Positions 27,055-37,300 of a DNA stretch of 62,700 bases are shown here, piece by piece. Origin of the DNA: Candidatus Altiarchaeales archaeon WOR_SM1_SCG (GTDB lineage: Archaea > Altiarchaeota > Altiarchaeia > IMC4 > WOR-SM1-SCG); the NCBI GenBank assembly GCA_001723845.1, contig MCBE01000110.1, positions 1 to 62,700 of the forward strand, read 5' to 3'. The notes beneath the pieces were generated by a model. That model was not told where the DNA came from and did no database searches. It was given only the letters and a program-made list of their open reading frames with translations. Made by a program: the position numbers and the translations under genes. Numbering within the stretch: the first letter of the stretch is position 1; every line of letters starts with the position of its first letter.

Positions 27055-28524
27055 TTACTCTTGATCACCACAATATACCGTGTGGTCATCTAAATCGGCT
27101 ACCTTTATGGTTCCATAGTTCCCGAATGCTACCGCTGTATTTTCTAACAGGGGGCAATCACAAGGAGTGATTGTATGGAGCGCACTGAAGGAATGTGTCC
27201 CGCCCTTTGCCAGATTACCAATCGGGTGGTTTAATCCTAATATAGGATCAATTACAAACACATTACTTAAATCTACATTGCCGCAGTTGCTGACTGTAAA
27301 TTCGTAAGTGATTGTACTACCGACCGATACTGCTGTAGTAGGACCGCCCTTGGTTATATTAATACAAGGATTAGGGCATAAAATGCAAACAAGTTCATCA
27401 TCTTCGTCAGATACAATAGTGCCTTGTCCAATTCCTGTTACGGTGGCAACATTTATCGTGCATATCTCTATTTCATAAGTTCCGGTACATATCATGCTTT
27501 CTCCGGGAGCAAGTTCAGTAACTCCTTCACAATCTATTGATTCAATTTTGTCATCCGTCAGTGTAATATCTGTCAAATGAACATTTCCCGTGTTTGTTAT
27601 AGTATAAATGTAATCTACGGAAGTTCCTGAGAATACAAATTCCTCGCTTGCGGTCTTCACAAGATCAATTTCGGGCTCATAAACAGGCACCACGGGACCG
27701 GTGTATATCTTATACGGGGAGTTATGCACATCATGGATTTCTACTTCTCCCAAGCCGTTTCCTTCAAGTACTGAAGCATTAATCTTCCATTCGTAAATCA
27801 TCATAAATTCCCATGGATATGGATCGCTCGCAGTGGGTTCTATTACCACATATTCTCCTGTTTCAAGATATAAATCATAATCTATATCAGGGGACTTCAT
27901 ATCATCCTTATTAGTCGTCACCGGATAACCGGAATTATTTATGTTCCATTCCGTGGATGTTGCGGAATCAAGTATCATCGCCGGGTCGCCAAGCATTACA
28001 TCCGCCTCGCATTTGTCCTGGTAATCACTGTATGGCTTGTAATGCCCGCAGGAAGCGTACATTGGTGTAAGTTTATCGTTCATTGCTATTAAATCTATCC
28101 TGAAATCAAGCACCTCGTTTCCAAGACCGTCATGAATCCTGGCTTTTAAATGGTCGCTTCCTAATAAATCGCCAAATTTGTGCTCGTTTCCTTCCGCTTT
28201 AAAGTCGCCGTTCTTTGTCTGCCATGTCAGGAGTTTGGTTCCCTTTGGTGCATAAGAATTATCATTGACTACATCAGGGTTATATACAAATGCAAAATAG
28301 CAGACACCGTTCTCGCAAGTTTTGTATAATGTTCCAATCCATTCATCGGGTCCTACATCCTGGGTAAAGTAATGCAGTGCTCCGCCGCCGTATTCCGATG
28401 CATCAAGAACGCCGGGTGTATCTCCGATTAAACCGTCAACCGTTGGTGTGGCTGATGTCAGTGCTGCCGCACCTAAAAAGACAAAAAAACAAAGAGCCAT
28501 TGATATTATTTTATTCTTTTTCAT
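27055..28524 (-). CDS. Exported protein (489 aa) with two C-terminal DUF11/TIGR01451-type repeats
   Basis: Signal-like MKKNKIISMALCFFVFLGAAALTSA. Repeats IDLVKTASEEFVFSGTSVDYIYTITNTGNVHLTDITLTDD and INITKGGPTTAVSVGSTITYEFTVSNCGNVDLSNVFVIDP. Confidence 0.8.
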   Translation of the reverse strand: MKKNKIISMALCFFVFLGAAALTSATPTVDGLIGDTPGVLDASEYGGGALHYFTQDVGPDEWIGTLYKTCENGVCYFAFVYNPDVVNDNSYAPKGTKLLTWQTKNGDFKAEGNEHKFGDLLGSDHLKARIHDGLGNEVLDFRIDLIAMNDKLTPMYASCGHYKPYSDYQDKCEADVMLGDPAMILDSATSTEWNINNSGYPVTTNKDDMKSPDIDYDLYLETGEYVVIEPTASDPYPWEFMMIYEWKINASVLEGNGLGEVEIHDVHNSPYKIYTGPVVPVYEPEIDLVKTASEEFVFSGTSVDYIYTITNTGNVHLTDITLTDDKIESIDCEGVTELAPGESMICTGTYEIEICTINVATVTGIGQGTIVSDEDDELVCILCPNPCINITKGGPTTAVSVGSTITYEFTVSNCGNVDLSNVFVIDPILGLNHPIGNLAKGGTHSFSALHTITPCDCPLLENTAVAFGNYGTIKVADLDDHTVYCGDQE

Positions 28525-28554
28525 CTTTGGTTTTTTTATATCATTTTAATTTTT

Positions 28555-28700
28555 CGGATATTTACCTCTAAAGGAGACAGGGCTGCCATCAGGTGTCCCT
28601 GTAAACCGCCTCCCCAGCGGGCGGTTCTGCGTCATTGGGTTCTTTGCACATCCCTGCCCTTTTATTGAACAGGGTAGCACAGTGCCCCTCAAGCAGAATA
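28555..28700. ncRNA. Conserved element E2 (second copy of E1), immediately upstream of the 489-aa gene
   Basis: Aligns along its length with 26711-26856, with scattered substitutions. Confidence 0.4.
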
Positions 28701-28937
28701 TTTTAATTTTTATTTTATTGTTGATTGGTAAATTTTAATAAATCATCAATTTTTGATAAGATTATTAAAATTTTGTGACCCGTATATTATATATTAGGTT
28801 GAAACTCTTTATAAATGACTGGATTTTCCTGCTTTATAAAAGCGGAACACCGGACATTGTTTTGTACTTTAATGCCTTAAAGGACATTTTTTTGTCCATT
28901 ATTTTAATTTTGTTTCATATTTTATAATACAGGTAAA

Positions 28938-29597
28938 ATGGAAACAAAAAACAGAAGGTGTATGATTACATTTCCTGCGGAAGGATACAAAAAACCCCTG
29001 GTTATGTATGCGGTTAAATTGGGAGCGGATAAAGTAATCCTGTTAAACCCTGAGAAATCCTGTATGAGTTTATTAAGCAGTTTCGGGATAAATGTTGAAG
29101 TTAAAGCAATTCCGAAAAATAAAGTAAGCGAAGTTATAATTTCAACTCTGAAAATAATCTCCGGGGCAAAAAAAGATTATGATGAGGTGCGCATGCTTTT
29201 ATTACCTTCAAACCCGGAGGTTGTAATAGGCATGTATGTCGCCTGCTGCATTGAAAAAGTTAAAGCGGACACAATATCCGATACTGAAAATGAATATTTC
29301 AATCTTCCCTTTTTCCCTTTTGCGGAAATTAATGAAGGTGAAAAATTTATATTAACAAAAATAATAGAAACAGGTAAAATCAGTAAAAGAAATTTGCTGG
29401 AAAAGATAAAAAAAGAAGGCAGTTATGATTTACTGTATTCAAGAAAATCAAATGCAATATTCGGTGAAGAACCCGTGCTGAAACAGCTGCAGAGAATGCT
29501 TGAAAGATTGGAAAAATTGGAACTTGTGAGCAGGGAAAGAGAGGGAAGGCGTTTTGTCTGGAAACCGACAAGTTTAAGTAAATTTATGTTTGATTGA
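28938..29597 (+). CDS. Putative Csa3-like regulator (Rossmann/CARF-like N-domain + C-terminal wHTH), 219 aa
   Basis: Size and layout resemble CRISPR-locus-related DNA-binding proteins. The N-terminal alternating beta/alpha region is CMITFPAEGYKKPLVMYAVKLGADKVILLNPE...VRMLLLPSNPEVVIGMYVA. The C-terminal part is GEKFILTKIIETGKISKRNLLEKI...LERLEKLELVSREREGRRFVW. Recognition is by pattern only. Confidence 0.4.
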   Translation: METKNRRCMITFPAEGYKKPLVMYAVKLGADKVILLNPEKSCMSLLSSFGINVEVKAIPKNKVSEVIISTLKIISGAKKDYDEVRMLLLPSNPEVVIGMYVACCIEKVKADTISDTENEYFNLPFFPFAEINEGEKFILTKIIETGKISKRNLLEKIKKEGSYDLLYSRKSNAIFGEEPVLKQLQRMLERLEKLELVSREREGRRFVWKPTSLSKFMFD

Positions 29598-29601
29598 AAT
29601 T

Positions 29602-30093
29602 TTATGAAAATTTTTTATTGATATAAAAACTTATGATAATGCCGATCAGTATGATAACTGCTGCGGCAATTAACGGCATCGTTTCTTCACTGAAATAATC
29701 TTTAAACAAATTGCCGCTGTCGTTTGTGTTGTTTGCATCGTTGTTACCTGTGGAATTGTCGTCATTGAATGCGCATTTATGGGTAATGCACTTCAAACCC
29801 TGCCCGCATCCGGAATCATTGGCACAGTATCCTTTAGCAGGTAAACATTCATGCGTCTCGTTTGTGCATTCCTCCCACGAATTCTTGCATAAAAGGTCGT
29901 ACCCGCAGTATCCTTCTCTTGTCCTGCATAAATGGTCCCATAAATCGCAGTACTGCCAATTCGGGCATTCCGCATCGTCAACGCAGCTCCAGCCGTGTAC
30001 AACGGATGCGGATGGGCAGGCAGACACTTCGGCGTTTCCGTTAATTAAAATTAAAATTAAAAAAATTGAAATTTTTATTTTGTGCGGCAGCAT
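29602..30093 (-). CDS. Cys-rich exported protein with a C-terminal membrane anchor (163 aa)
   Basis: Signal-like N-terminus, ~20 Cys in C..D..C/C.....C spacing, an Asn-rich linker and a C-terminal hydrophobic helix (MPLIAAAVIILIGIIISFYI). Confidence 0.65.
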   Translation of the reverse strand: MLPHKIKISIFLILILINGNAEVSACPSASVVHGWSCVDDAECPNWQYCDLWDHLCRTREGYCGYDLLCKNSWEECTNETHECLPAKGYCANDSGCGQGLKCITHKCAFNDDNSTGNNDANNTNDSGNLFKDYFSEETMPLIAAAVIILIGIIISFYINKKFS

Positions 30094-30215
30094 GATTCTT
30101 CAAATAATATTTTAGTTAATTTTTGTATATATTTTGTACCTGTAATTTGTACCTGTAATTTATTATATATAATCCGTATTTAATCGGTTTTAATTGGTTT
30201 ATGCTTTTTGCAGGT

Positions 30216-31421
30216 TTACTTCTTTAAAAGGAAAAATAAAAGAAAAGCACTTATAAAAGCAATCACCGCACCGAACAAAAAAGTAGCAGTCCCGGGATCG
30301 CCAACAGTCCATAAATAACCGGCAATCACATTTGCAGGAAATGCGAGAACGCCTGCAACCGAATGAAAGACGCCAAGAGCAGTTCCCCGCTTTTCCCCGC
30401 CGACAAGGTCAACCGTGAATGCTCTTTGCATCGCGTGTGTTGTCGCCCAGAAAATACCGTACAGCGCGAAAAGCAGCATGAAACCGATAAGGGAGGAAAC
30501 AAAGATGAATCCGATGCATATAACTCCGAATAACGCGTAGCCGGAACTTATAATTAGCCGCCTTGAGACCTTATCGGACAACGCACCGATTGGTGTTGCG
30601 AAAATTGCAAAAATAACAGGGAACATTAAATATGCAAGAGCAAGTTCAGGGGATCCGAATATGTTTGAGGACATGGTTAACGCATCCGCGGTTTTCATTA
30701 TCATGAACCACACGGCAAAATTTCCAAGTGAGAATATGCCTGCAATTATAACAAATAATTTAAATTCCCGGTTGATGAAGTCAAATTTTATTTTCCTGGC
30801 AACTTTGAGGGGCTTTTCTTTCTCATCAAGAAAAATATAAAGAATTATTACGCCTGTTGCTACAAGCACCGATGAAATAATAAATATTAAATTATAAGTG
30901 TCCTGTGTTATATCAGCCGGTGATGGTATCCCGAAAAGAAAATAAATTGCAATCAATGTCCCGATTATTGCACCGATTGTATGAAGCGTCCTGTGGATTC
31001 CATACGCTTTTCCCCGCACTTTCTTGCTGACAGATGTTGTGAGAATAACATCACGGGGCGAGTCCTTCATCCCTTCGCCTATGTCATTTACAACCCTCAG
31101 GACTAAAACCACGGGCCAGGTTCCTGCGAAAAGCAAAAGAAGCCGTGAAATTGGAAGGAGTGCGTAACCGAATGTAGTATAAAATTTTGTCTTTTTTGTT
31201 TTATCCGAAAGATACCCTGTTACCGCGTTAGCAACACTTCCAACACTTGCGGAAAGCCCGACAATAATACCTATTATTATTTCCCCCGCCCCGATAACAA
31301 AGGCAAGATAAAGAGGGAGTATCAGGGTCAGAAGAGTTTTGCTTGCGTCATTCAACAAACTGGTGAAACCCAGCACCCAGACATTTTTAGTGATTTTGTT
31401 TTCGTCTTTATTGTTGTTCAT
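30216..31421 (-). CDS. MFS-type transporter (401 aa)
   Basis: Hydrophobic throughout (~12 spans). Cytoplasmic loops GYLSDKTKKTK and GALSDKVSRRLI resemble MFS motif A. Confidence 0.75.
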   Translation of the reverse strand: MNNNKDENKITKNVWVLGFTSLLNDASKTLLTLILPLYLAFVIGAGEIIIGIIVGLSASVGSVANAVTGYLSDKTKKTKFYTTFGYALLPISRLLLLFAGTWPVVLVLRVVNDIGEGMKDSPRDVILTTSVSKKVRGKAYGIHRTLHTIGAIIGTLIAIYFLFGIPSPADITQDTYNLIFIISSVLVATGVIILYIFLDEKEKPLKVARKIKFDFINREFKLFVIIAGIFSLGNFAVWFMIMKTADALTMSSNIFGSPELALAYLMFPVIFAIFATPIGALSDKVSRRLIISSGYALFGVICIGFIFVSSLIGFMLLFALYGIFWATTHAMQRAFTVDLVGGEKRGTALGVFHSVAGVLAFPANVIAGYLWTVGDPGTATFLFGAVIAFISAFLLFFLLKK

Positions 31422-31423
31422 TT

Positions 31424-31573
31424 TTATAATCCGTGTCTTTTAGCAACCCGTTCTTTAAGTTCACTGCCCCATTCCAATGTCATTTCATCGGTTATTTTAC
31501 TGTTCCTTAATAATTGATTGATTATTCCCGGATGTTTAAATCCTATTGAAAGTTCATCAGGAACATCAAACAT
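31424..31573 (-). CDS. Possible 49-aa ORF coupled to the MFS gene (below the ORF-track cutoff)
   Basis: Own translation gives MFDVPDELSIGFKHPGIINQLLRNSKITDEMTLEWGSELKERVAKRHGL. The stop lies 2 nt before the MFS ATG. No recognisable family. Confidence 0.25.
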   Translation of the reverse strand: MFDVPDELSIGFKHPGIINQLLRNSKITDEMTLEWGSELKERVAKRHGL

Positions 31574-31691
31574 GCGATTTCAGCCATTTTTTTAATTTTT
31601 TATTAATTAGATTTCTAATGTTTTAAAATCCTCAAGATAAGTCCTCTTCGGATGCGCACCAAACCCCCTGCTTTTGGGCCGACAGCGAGAG

Positions 31692-31889
31692 TTAATTTGC
31701 ACTTTTTACCGCGCGAATGATAGAGGGAATTAATATTGAATTTATTGCCTCCCGGCTCATAAATATCTTCCATGAAACATTAACGCCCCGCATTTTCCGG
31801 ATTACCGCTATATCTTTAAGTTCCTTTGAAAAAACAGGCAGGAACCGGATTGCAAGCGTCACTGCGAAAACATACCTGTACGAAATTTT
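31692..31889 (-). pseudogene. Remnant of an ECF-transporter T-component (EcfT/CbiQ-like) C-terminus
   Basis: The minus-frame translation SYRYVFAVTLAIRFLPVFSKELKDIAVIRKMRGVNVS...SIIRAVKSAN* contains the A.RF.P....E...I..A...RG signature of EcfT/CbiQ. There is no start codon and no upstream remainder. Confidence 0.35.
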
Positions 31890-31966
31890 TTATTCGAATC
31901 ATTATATTTTTAAAATTTTAGAATAATTATAATATTTTGTTAAATCAAATTAAAACTAAAACCAAA

Positions 31967-32008
31967 CAATTTACTAAGCAATTTACTAAGCAATTTACTA
32001 AGCAATTT
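31967..32008. repeat. 12-nt tandem repeat CAATTTACTAAG x3 plus a partial copy, reiterating the last codons and stop of the 138-aa gene
   Basis: Read directly from the sequence. The minus strand reads ...GAA ATT GCT TAG TAA ATT GCT TAG TAA ATT GCT TAG TAA ATT G. Confidence 0.85.
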
Positions 32009-32414
32009 CCTCCGGGATATCCTTTGATTCCGTCCTTTTTCTTCTAAGTATATATGTGCAGGCAAGACCCAGTACGAAGGCAAATATGGTGCCTAAAATG
32101 TACCCGTTTGTGATGTCGCCTGTAACATACCCGATAAGACACCCCGTAGCATAGCCAAGTACGGCACCAAATATTGTACCCCACACAATAACACCGAGAA
32201 CTCTAACTACAACATAACCAAGGACGGTTCCGATGATGCCCCCGATGATGCCCCCGATGATGCCTCCAATAAAAAAACCGATTACATAACTCGCGAATGA
32301 GGGACCGGCACTGGAACCAATGGTAGCGCCCATGGCAAACCCGATAATAGCCGCGGTTCCGATAAAAGCCTCCCCGATAATAGTTTCATAATTTTTTTTC
32401 ATCTGTGAAAACAC
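31998..32414 (-). CDS. Gly-rich small membrane protein (138 aa)
   Basis: Glycine-zipper-like hydrophobic repeats (GGIIGGIIGGIIGTVLGYVV) and a charged C-terminus. Confidence 0.6.
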   Translation of the reverse strand: MFSQMKKNYETIIGEAFIGTAAIIGFAMGATIGSSAGPSFASYVIGFFIGGIIGGIIGGIIGTVLGYVVVRVLGVIVWGTIFGAVLGYATGCLIGYVTGDITNGYILGTIFAFVLGLACTYILRRKRTESKDIPEEIA

Positions 32415-32449
32415 CTCCGTTTTGAATTATAATTAAATTTATTTTCATT

Positions 32450-34243
32450 TCAGGTTATTAAACCGGTGCATCTCCAGTTTATTTCAGCGGTTTTCGTTTC
32501 AATATCAACAACGCAAGCCGGACTGCATCCCTCTTTTTCTGTGAACGGCTCAATGTCAATCCACCATGTTCCCGTATTGTTGTTGCATTGATAGTTTGCG
32601 GTAATAATTGCTTCTTTTGCACACTCGCCCGCATCCGCTATCGCAAGCGCCTCTGATAAATTCATGGTTTTTCCTGAAGGTGTTGTGCAAATTTCTTCTT
32701 TAATTTCGTTTTCAGGTGGAATTCCTGTGCATCTCCAGTTTATTTCAGCAAGTTTAGTATCCTCGCTTACAACGCACGCCGGATTGCAGTAATCTTTTTT
32801 GAATTCTTCTTTCATGTTAAGGTCAATCCACCATGTTTTTGTATCTGCGTTATAGAAACTGTTGTTTGTTAATTCTCCTTTCTCTGCGCATTCACTGCTG
32901 CCATTGTTTGCTATCTCTATAGCGTCTTCAAGAGACATTCTTTCCGCACATTCACCCGTTATCCAGTAGTCCGCCTTATCAGCACACGCTCCGCAAGCAT
33001 TCCCGTAGGTTTTTGAAGTCCCGTCCGGCTTAAAGCCGCAGACAGGAGCATATTCCATTGTGCAGATTTCAGCCTGTTTTTCTTCTTCTGTGCAGGTATG
33101 TTTTGTTGCATTCTCCTGCTCAGCAGGTTCTATCGGCTCTTTTAATTCTTCAGTAAAAGTTTTTCCAACCGAAGTTTTGCACTGCCGGGGGTAACTTTCC
33201 ATAACAGGATTCCCTGCATTCACGCAAGCATCAAAACTGTCAACTACAAGACAGCATATATTCGGGGATATGAATCCTCCAACCGCGCCGATGTTTGTCT
33301 CGTTTTCACTGCATGTTTCCCCATCCACCGTGTTTACGGTTCTCCCGCCTTTAGAAAGGCACTCTGCTGGTGTGAGATTGTCCCCTTCCATGCTTGTTCT
33401 CCCAATGTTTTTATTCATACATTTTCCTTTCACGCACAAACAGTCCTCCGGGTTGTATGCTGCTTCCAGCATGAAAATTTCAGTGCATACCGCAGGTTTT
33501 GTGTATTCTCCTTCATATTTTTTGTTTATGCACTCTGTCGGATGGCAATCGGAAGGCAGGGGAATACAATCCGAATCCGATGTGCATTCATTTTTGCTGT
33601 CATCTGCTGAAGGGGTTTCTTTTTCATCAGGTATGCAGTAGCCCAGGGCATCTGCAATTCCCTCAGGCATCTTACAGACATAACCTTCAGGACATCCGAA
33701 ACCGGCGATTCCTGCGCACTCGCAAAGGGCTTCACACTGCATTGTGCATGCAACACCATCTCTCCCCTGATTGTCAAGCTGGCATTTATTTGAGCAGTTA
33801 TTCCAGTTGCCGCCTGCATTACTGCAAACTTCCCCTGTCAACTCCTCGCTTTTCACATTCCAGTTATCAAGGGTGACTGTTAACTGTTCCCGGTTATCGT
33901 TTCTCTGCAAATGAACAACAAAACACCCCGGGCATCTTGCGACATCAACACTTATTACAGTCACATAGAAACTCAGCGGCTCAACGACGATTTTCGCTGC
34001 TTTTTTCTGGTTTTCGTCAAGTTCCCATTCACGGATACAAGCCCCGACATCATCGCTCCAGATGTAGCCGGCAGAGCCGATGCACCCGTGTTCATCCTTA
34101 TCCCCACCCACTATATCTCCTCCATCAGGTTCTTCCTTATCGCCGCCGATGCACCCGCCGAGCATTATTAAAATTACAATTACCCCAAGAACGCATAATT
34201 TAATTAAAATTCCTATTTTTTTGTTTTTTGTTTCGTTTTCCAT
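32450..34243 (-). CDS. Cys-rich lipoprotein-like protein (597 aa) with a Kazal-like motif and two PepSY-like C-terminal modules
   Basis: Lipobox-like MLGGCIGG. The Kazal-like segment is CTMEYAPVCGFKPDGTSKTYGNACGAC. The duplicated ~85-aa modules end ACVV(S/D).(D/E)TK.AEINWRCTG. Confidence 0.7.
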   Translation of the reverse strand: MENETKNKKIGILIKLCVLGVIVILIMLGGCIGGDKEEPDGGDIVGGDKDEHGCIGSAGYIWSDDVGACIREWELDENQKKAAKIVVEPLSFYVTVISVDVARCPGCFVVHLQRNDNREQLTVTLDNWNVKSEELTGEVCSNAGGNWNNCSNKCQLDNQGRDGVACTMQCEALCECAGIAGFGCPEGYVCKMPEGIADALGYCIPDEKETPSADDSKNECTSDSDCIPLPSDCHPTECINKKYEGEYTKPAVCTEIFMLEAAYNPEDCLCVKGKCMNKNIGRTSMEGDNLTPAECLSKGGRTVNTVDGETCSENETNIGAVGGFISPNICCLVVDSFDACVNAGNPVMESYPRQCKTSVGKTFTEELKEPIEPAEQENATKHTCTEEEKQAEICTMEYAPVCGFKPDGTSKTYGNACGACADKADYWITGECAERMSLEDAIEIANNGSSECAEKGELTNNSFYNADTKTWWIDLNMKEEFKKDYCNPACVVSEDTKLAEINWRCTGIPPENEIKEEICTTPSGKTMNLSEALAIADAGECAKEAIITANYQCNNNTGTWWIDIEPFTEKEGCSPACVVDIETKTAEINWRCTGLIT

Positions 34244-34323
34244 TTTATTGCTATTTATATATTGTATTTTATAGAATATATAATTTTTTATTTTATTTTA
34301 TTTTTTATTTATAATTTTGATTT

Positions 34324-37300
34324 CTATTTAACTTCAATTTCTGCACCCTTGACTTCGCCCTTAACCTCCGGTTTGTAGTACGAGTATGCCTTGCTGTCAG
34401 GAATCTGCGCTTTCACCGGGAATTTTGCAATCATCTTGAATTCAAACGAAAGTTCCTCGCCTCTCTGAAGGTCGTTTACATAGATTATCACTTTTCTTCC
34501 TGCAATCTCGTATCTTGTTATTCTTTTATCATCAAGAAGGTCGTCAAGTGTTCCCGTAACAGGGGCAAAGCCCGTTGGAACACCGACGTCAATAAGCATC
34601 ATTCCCGTTGAATCTGAAAGCCCGGTGTATTCTGTTCTGACTTTAACTGAAATCATGTCATTAACTTCAATACCTTCTGTTTCATATTCAACTTGAAGTT
34701 CAAGGTCTGTTTTCAAAGGCATATCGGGAAGCACGACATTGAATTTTTTAACGACCTGGTAATTTATGTCGCCTTCTCCTTCAAATTTTAATTCAATTTT
34801 TTCAACTCCAATGGGTGCTTCAATTACCTGGAAGACATCAAAGTTTCCTGAATTAATAATAAATTTCTTAATTTCCTTACCATCAGCAAGCACGGAAATT
34901 TCAGCATCAACTTCCCTCCCCTGCATAACAGCAGCAGTAATAAGCGCCCTAAAAGCCATAACAGTATCCTGCGTACTTGAAAACCCGCCCTGCGAGTTTC
35001 TCTGCGCTGAAATCCATTTTACGGCATCGCTTGCACGAGCATCCTTTACCTCCATTAATGCAAGAGAGGCATAAGCTGTTATTTCAACATTCTGGCTGCT
35101 TACAGGAACAGGCATGTACTTGTACCTTGGTGCCGGGGGCTTTACGGTGCTTTCCCAGTAAATCCCGTTTTCATCCTCTTTTGCAAGATTCATAAGCATT
35201 TTGAGTGCATCATCTGCTTTATCGCTTTTCAGCTTATAGAGCGCGAGAGTTGAGATTGCAAGAGCATAAGAGTCATCCTTGTTTTCATCGAGGTTATCTT
35301 CAAGGTATTCTCCTGCCGCATTTAAGACACCAGTATCTGTGTTCCCGTATTCCGCAAGCGCAAGAACAGTAAATGCAGTTAATGTGTATTTTCCTGAAAC
35401 GCCGCCCATCATGTCGGTATGGCAGACAAAGCCGATTGTGTCCCATGAGCCGTCATCGTTCTGGTGATCAGATATCCACTGCGCTGCCTCATCAAGGACA
35501 TTCTCGTCAATTTCTTTAACTTCACGGGCTTCGCTAAAAGACATAAGGACGTAGTCCGTAAGCCATAAGCTTCCCGATTCATCTCTCTCTCCGAATGCAG
35601 AGAAACTCCCGTCTTTGTGCTGGAATGTAAGTTCACGCTGGTAGCCTGTGTTTATGAAAATTTCCGTCTTTGCCTGTATTTCCGGGTTTATCTGCTCGGT
35701 TGCCTTTAGATATTTTAAGATTAAGACATCGGGTACGAACATCATCATGTTCTGCTCCCCACATCCGTAAGGCATACCAAGAAGGTTTTCGACGCCGTTC
35801 ATCTGCTGACCAACGATGCTCGGCGCAATGCTTACAAGCACCTTGTCTGAATCGGGAACTATAAAATCAGGCATTTTAACATCAACCGACACATCGCTGT
35901 TGTCTTTACTGAGTATCCCGTTTTCAACAATCTCCCTTTGTGTCCCTTCCGGCTCCACGATAATTGTTTTTTTAATTGCATCAGCCCTTTGTGTTGTTCT
36001 TGCGATTATATCAAATTCCTTGGTCCCGACTTTCTCAGGCGCCACTTTAAATTCCACCGAACTCACGCCGTTTCCTGCAACTGTAATTTCCTTGTTTGCA
36101 TCATCCAGCAACTTGAACCAGTCACCTTTTTTCAAATCAATGAAGACTTTTTGTGAATCATTTAAATAATTATAAATTATTATTTTTATTGGAAATTCTT
36201 CCCCACGAGTTACGGAATAAGGAATGTCCGAGTCAACAAAGAAATCCTGGAATACGACAAGCTCTGCATCGCTCATTCCGATACCTTCCTCTGATGAGGA
36301 AACTGCGTGCATTTTCCATGTCGTGATGCTGTCAGGAACGTTTAGCTTGACTTCTGCAACTCCTTTTGAGTTTGTGACAAGCATCGGGTCCCAGTACCAT
36401 GTTTCGGGGAAAAACTGGCGGACCCTGGAAGGTTCCTGCAATTCTTCGCCGCCATCGTCACCTGTCAAATCCGATTTCATTGCAGCCTGTGGAGCGGGTG
36501 GCATTGCATTATCTTCAAGAGCCATTTCCATTACTTCACCTCTAGGGAATCCACCTCCGCCGCCTTTACCCCACATATCCTCCTGCTTCTGCCCTTCGGG
36601 AACAGTTAAATTCTTTGAACTGATTACCTGTATGTTGCTTTCATCAAGAATATCCTTTGAACCCTTGGTTTCATAAGGCATGCCTCTCCAGTCAACAGCC
36701 GGCGGATGTATTTCAACCTGCGGATCCATGAATCTTTTCTCCAGTTCGTCAAAAACCTGGTGGAGATTCAAGCGTCCTTCAGCAAGTGCATAAACTGATT
36801 CGTCAACGATTCCAACACCAATCATTGAAACCGTCTCTGAATTAACATTAAATTTTATTTCAATTTCCTCGCCCGGCTCTGCCTGCTCTTTACTGAATTT
36901 TGCTTCAAGATTCACGGGAAATTCCGCTTTTGTCTTGAACGGGAGCGTGTCTGCTGAAACCTCGTTGTTCGGGTTTACCTGGTATGCGACAATTTTTGCC
37001 TGGTTGTTTTTCGCAATAAGCGGGGTAATTTTAAATTTAATTGTTTTTGTATTCTCCTCGTTCTCGGCGGTTCCTGAAAAAACAGTTCTCCCGCTTCCGA
37101 CAATGTCATAGTAAACCGTTGACTTGCCTGTGCTGTAAACATTAAAGCTGACCTCATCGCCGACATTCGGAACGCCGGTACTGGTCTGGATAATGTGAAT
37201 AAAATTTGATCCGGGGGAGTATGCTGCAGAAAGCGGAAGTTCTATCTCGGTTTTCCCTGTTTTTGCGGTTATTGAAACGCCGGATATATCTTCCGGTGCT

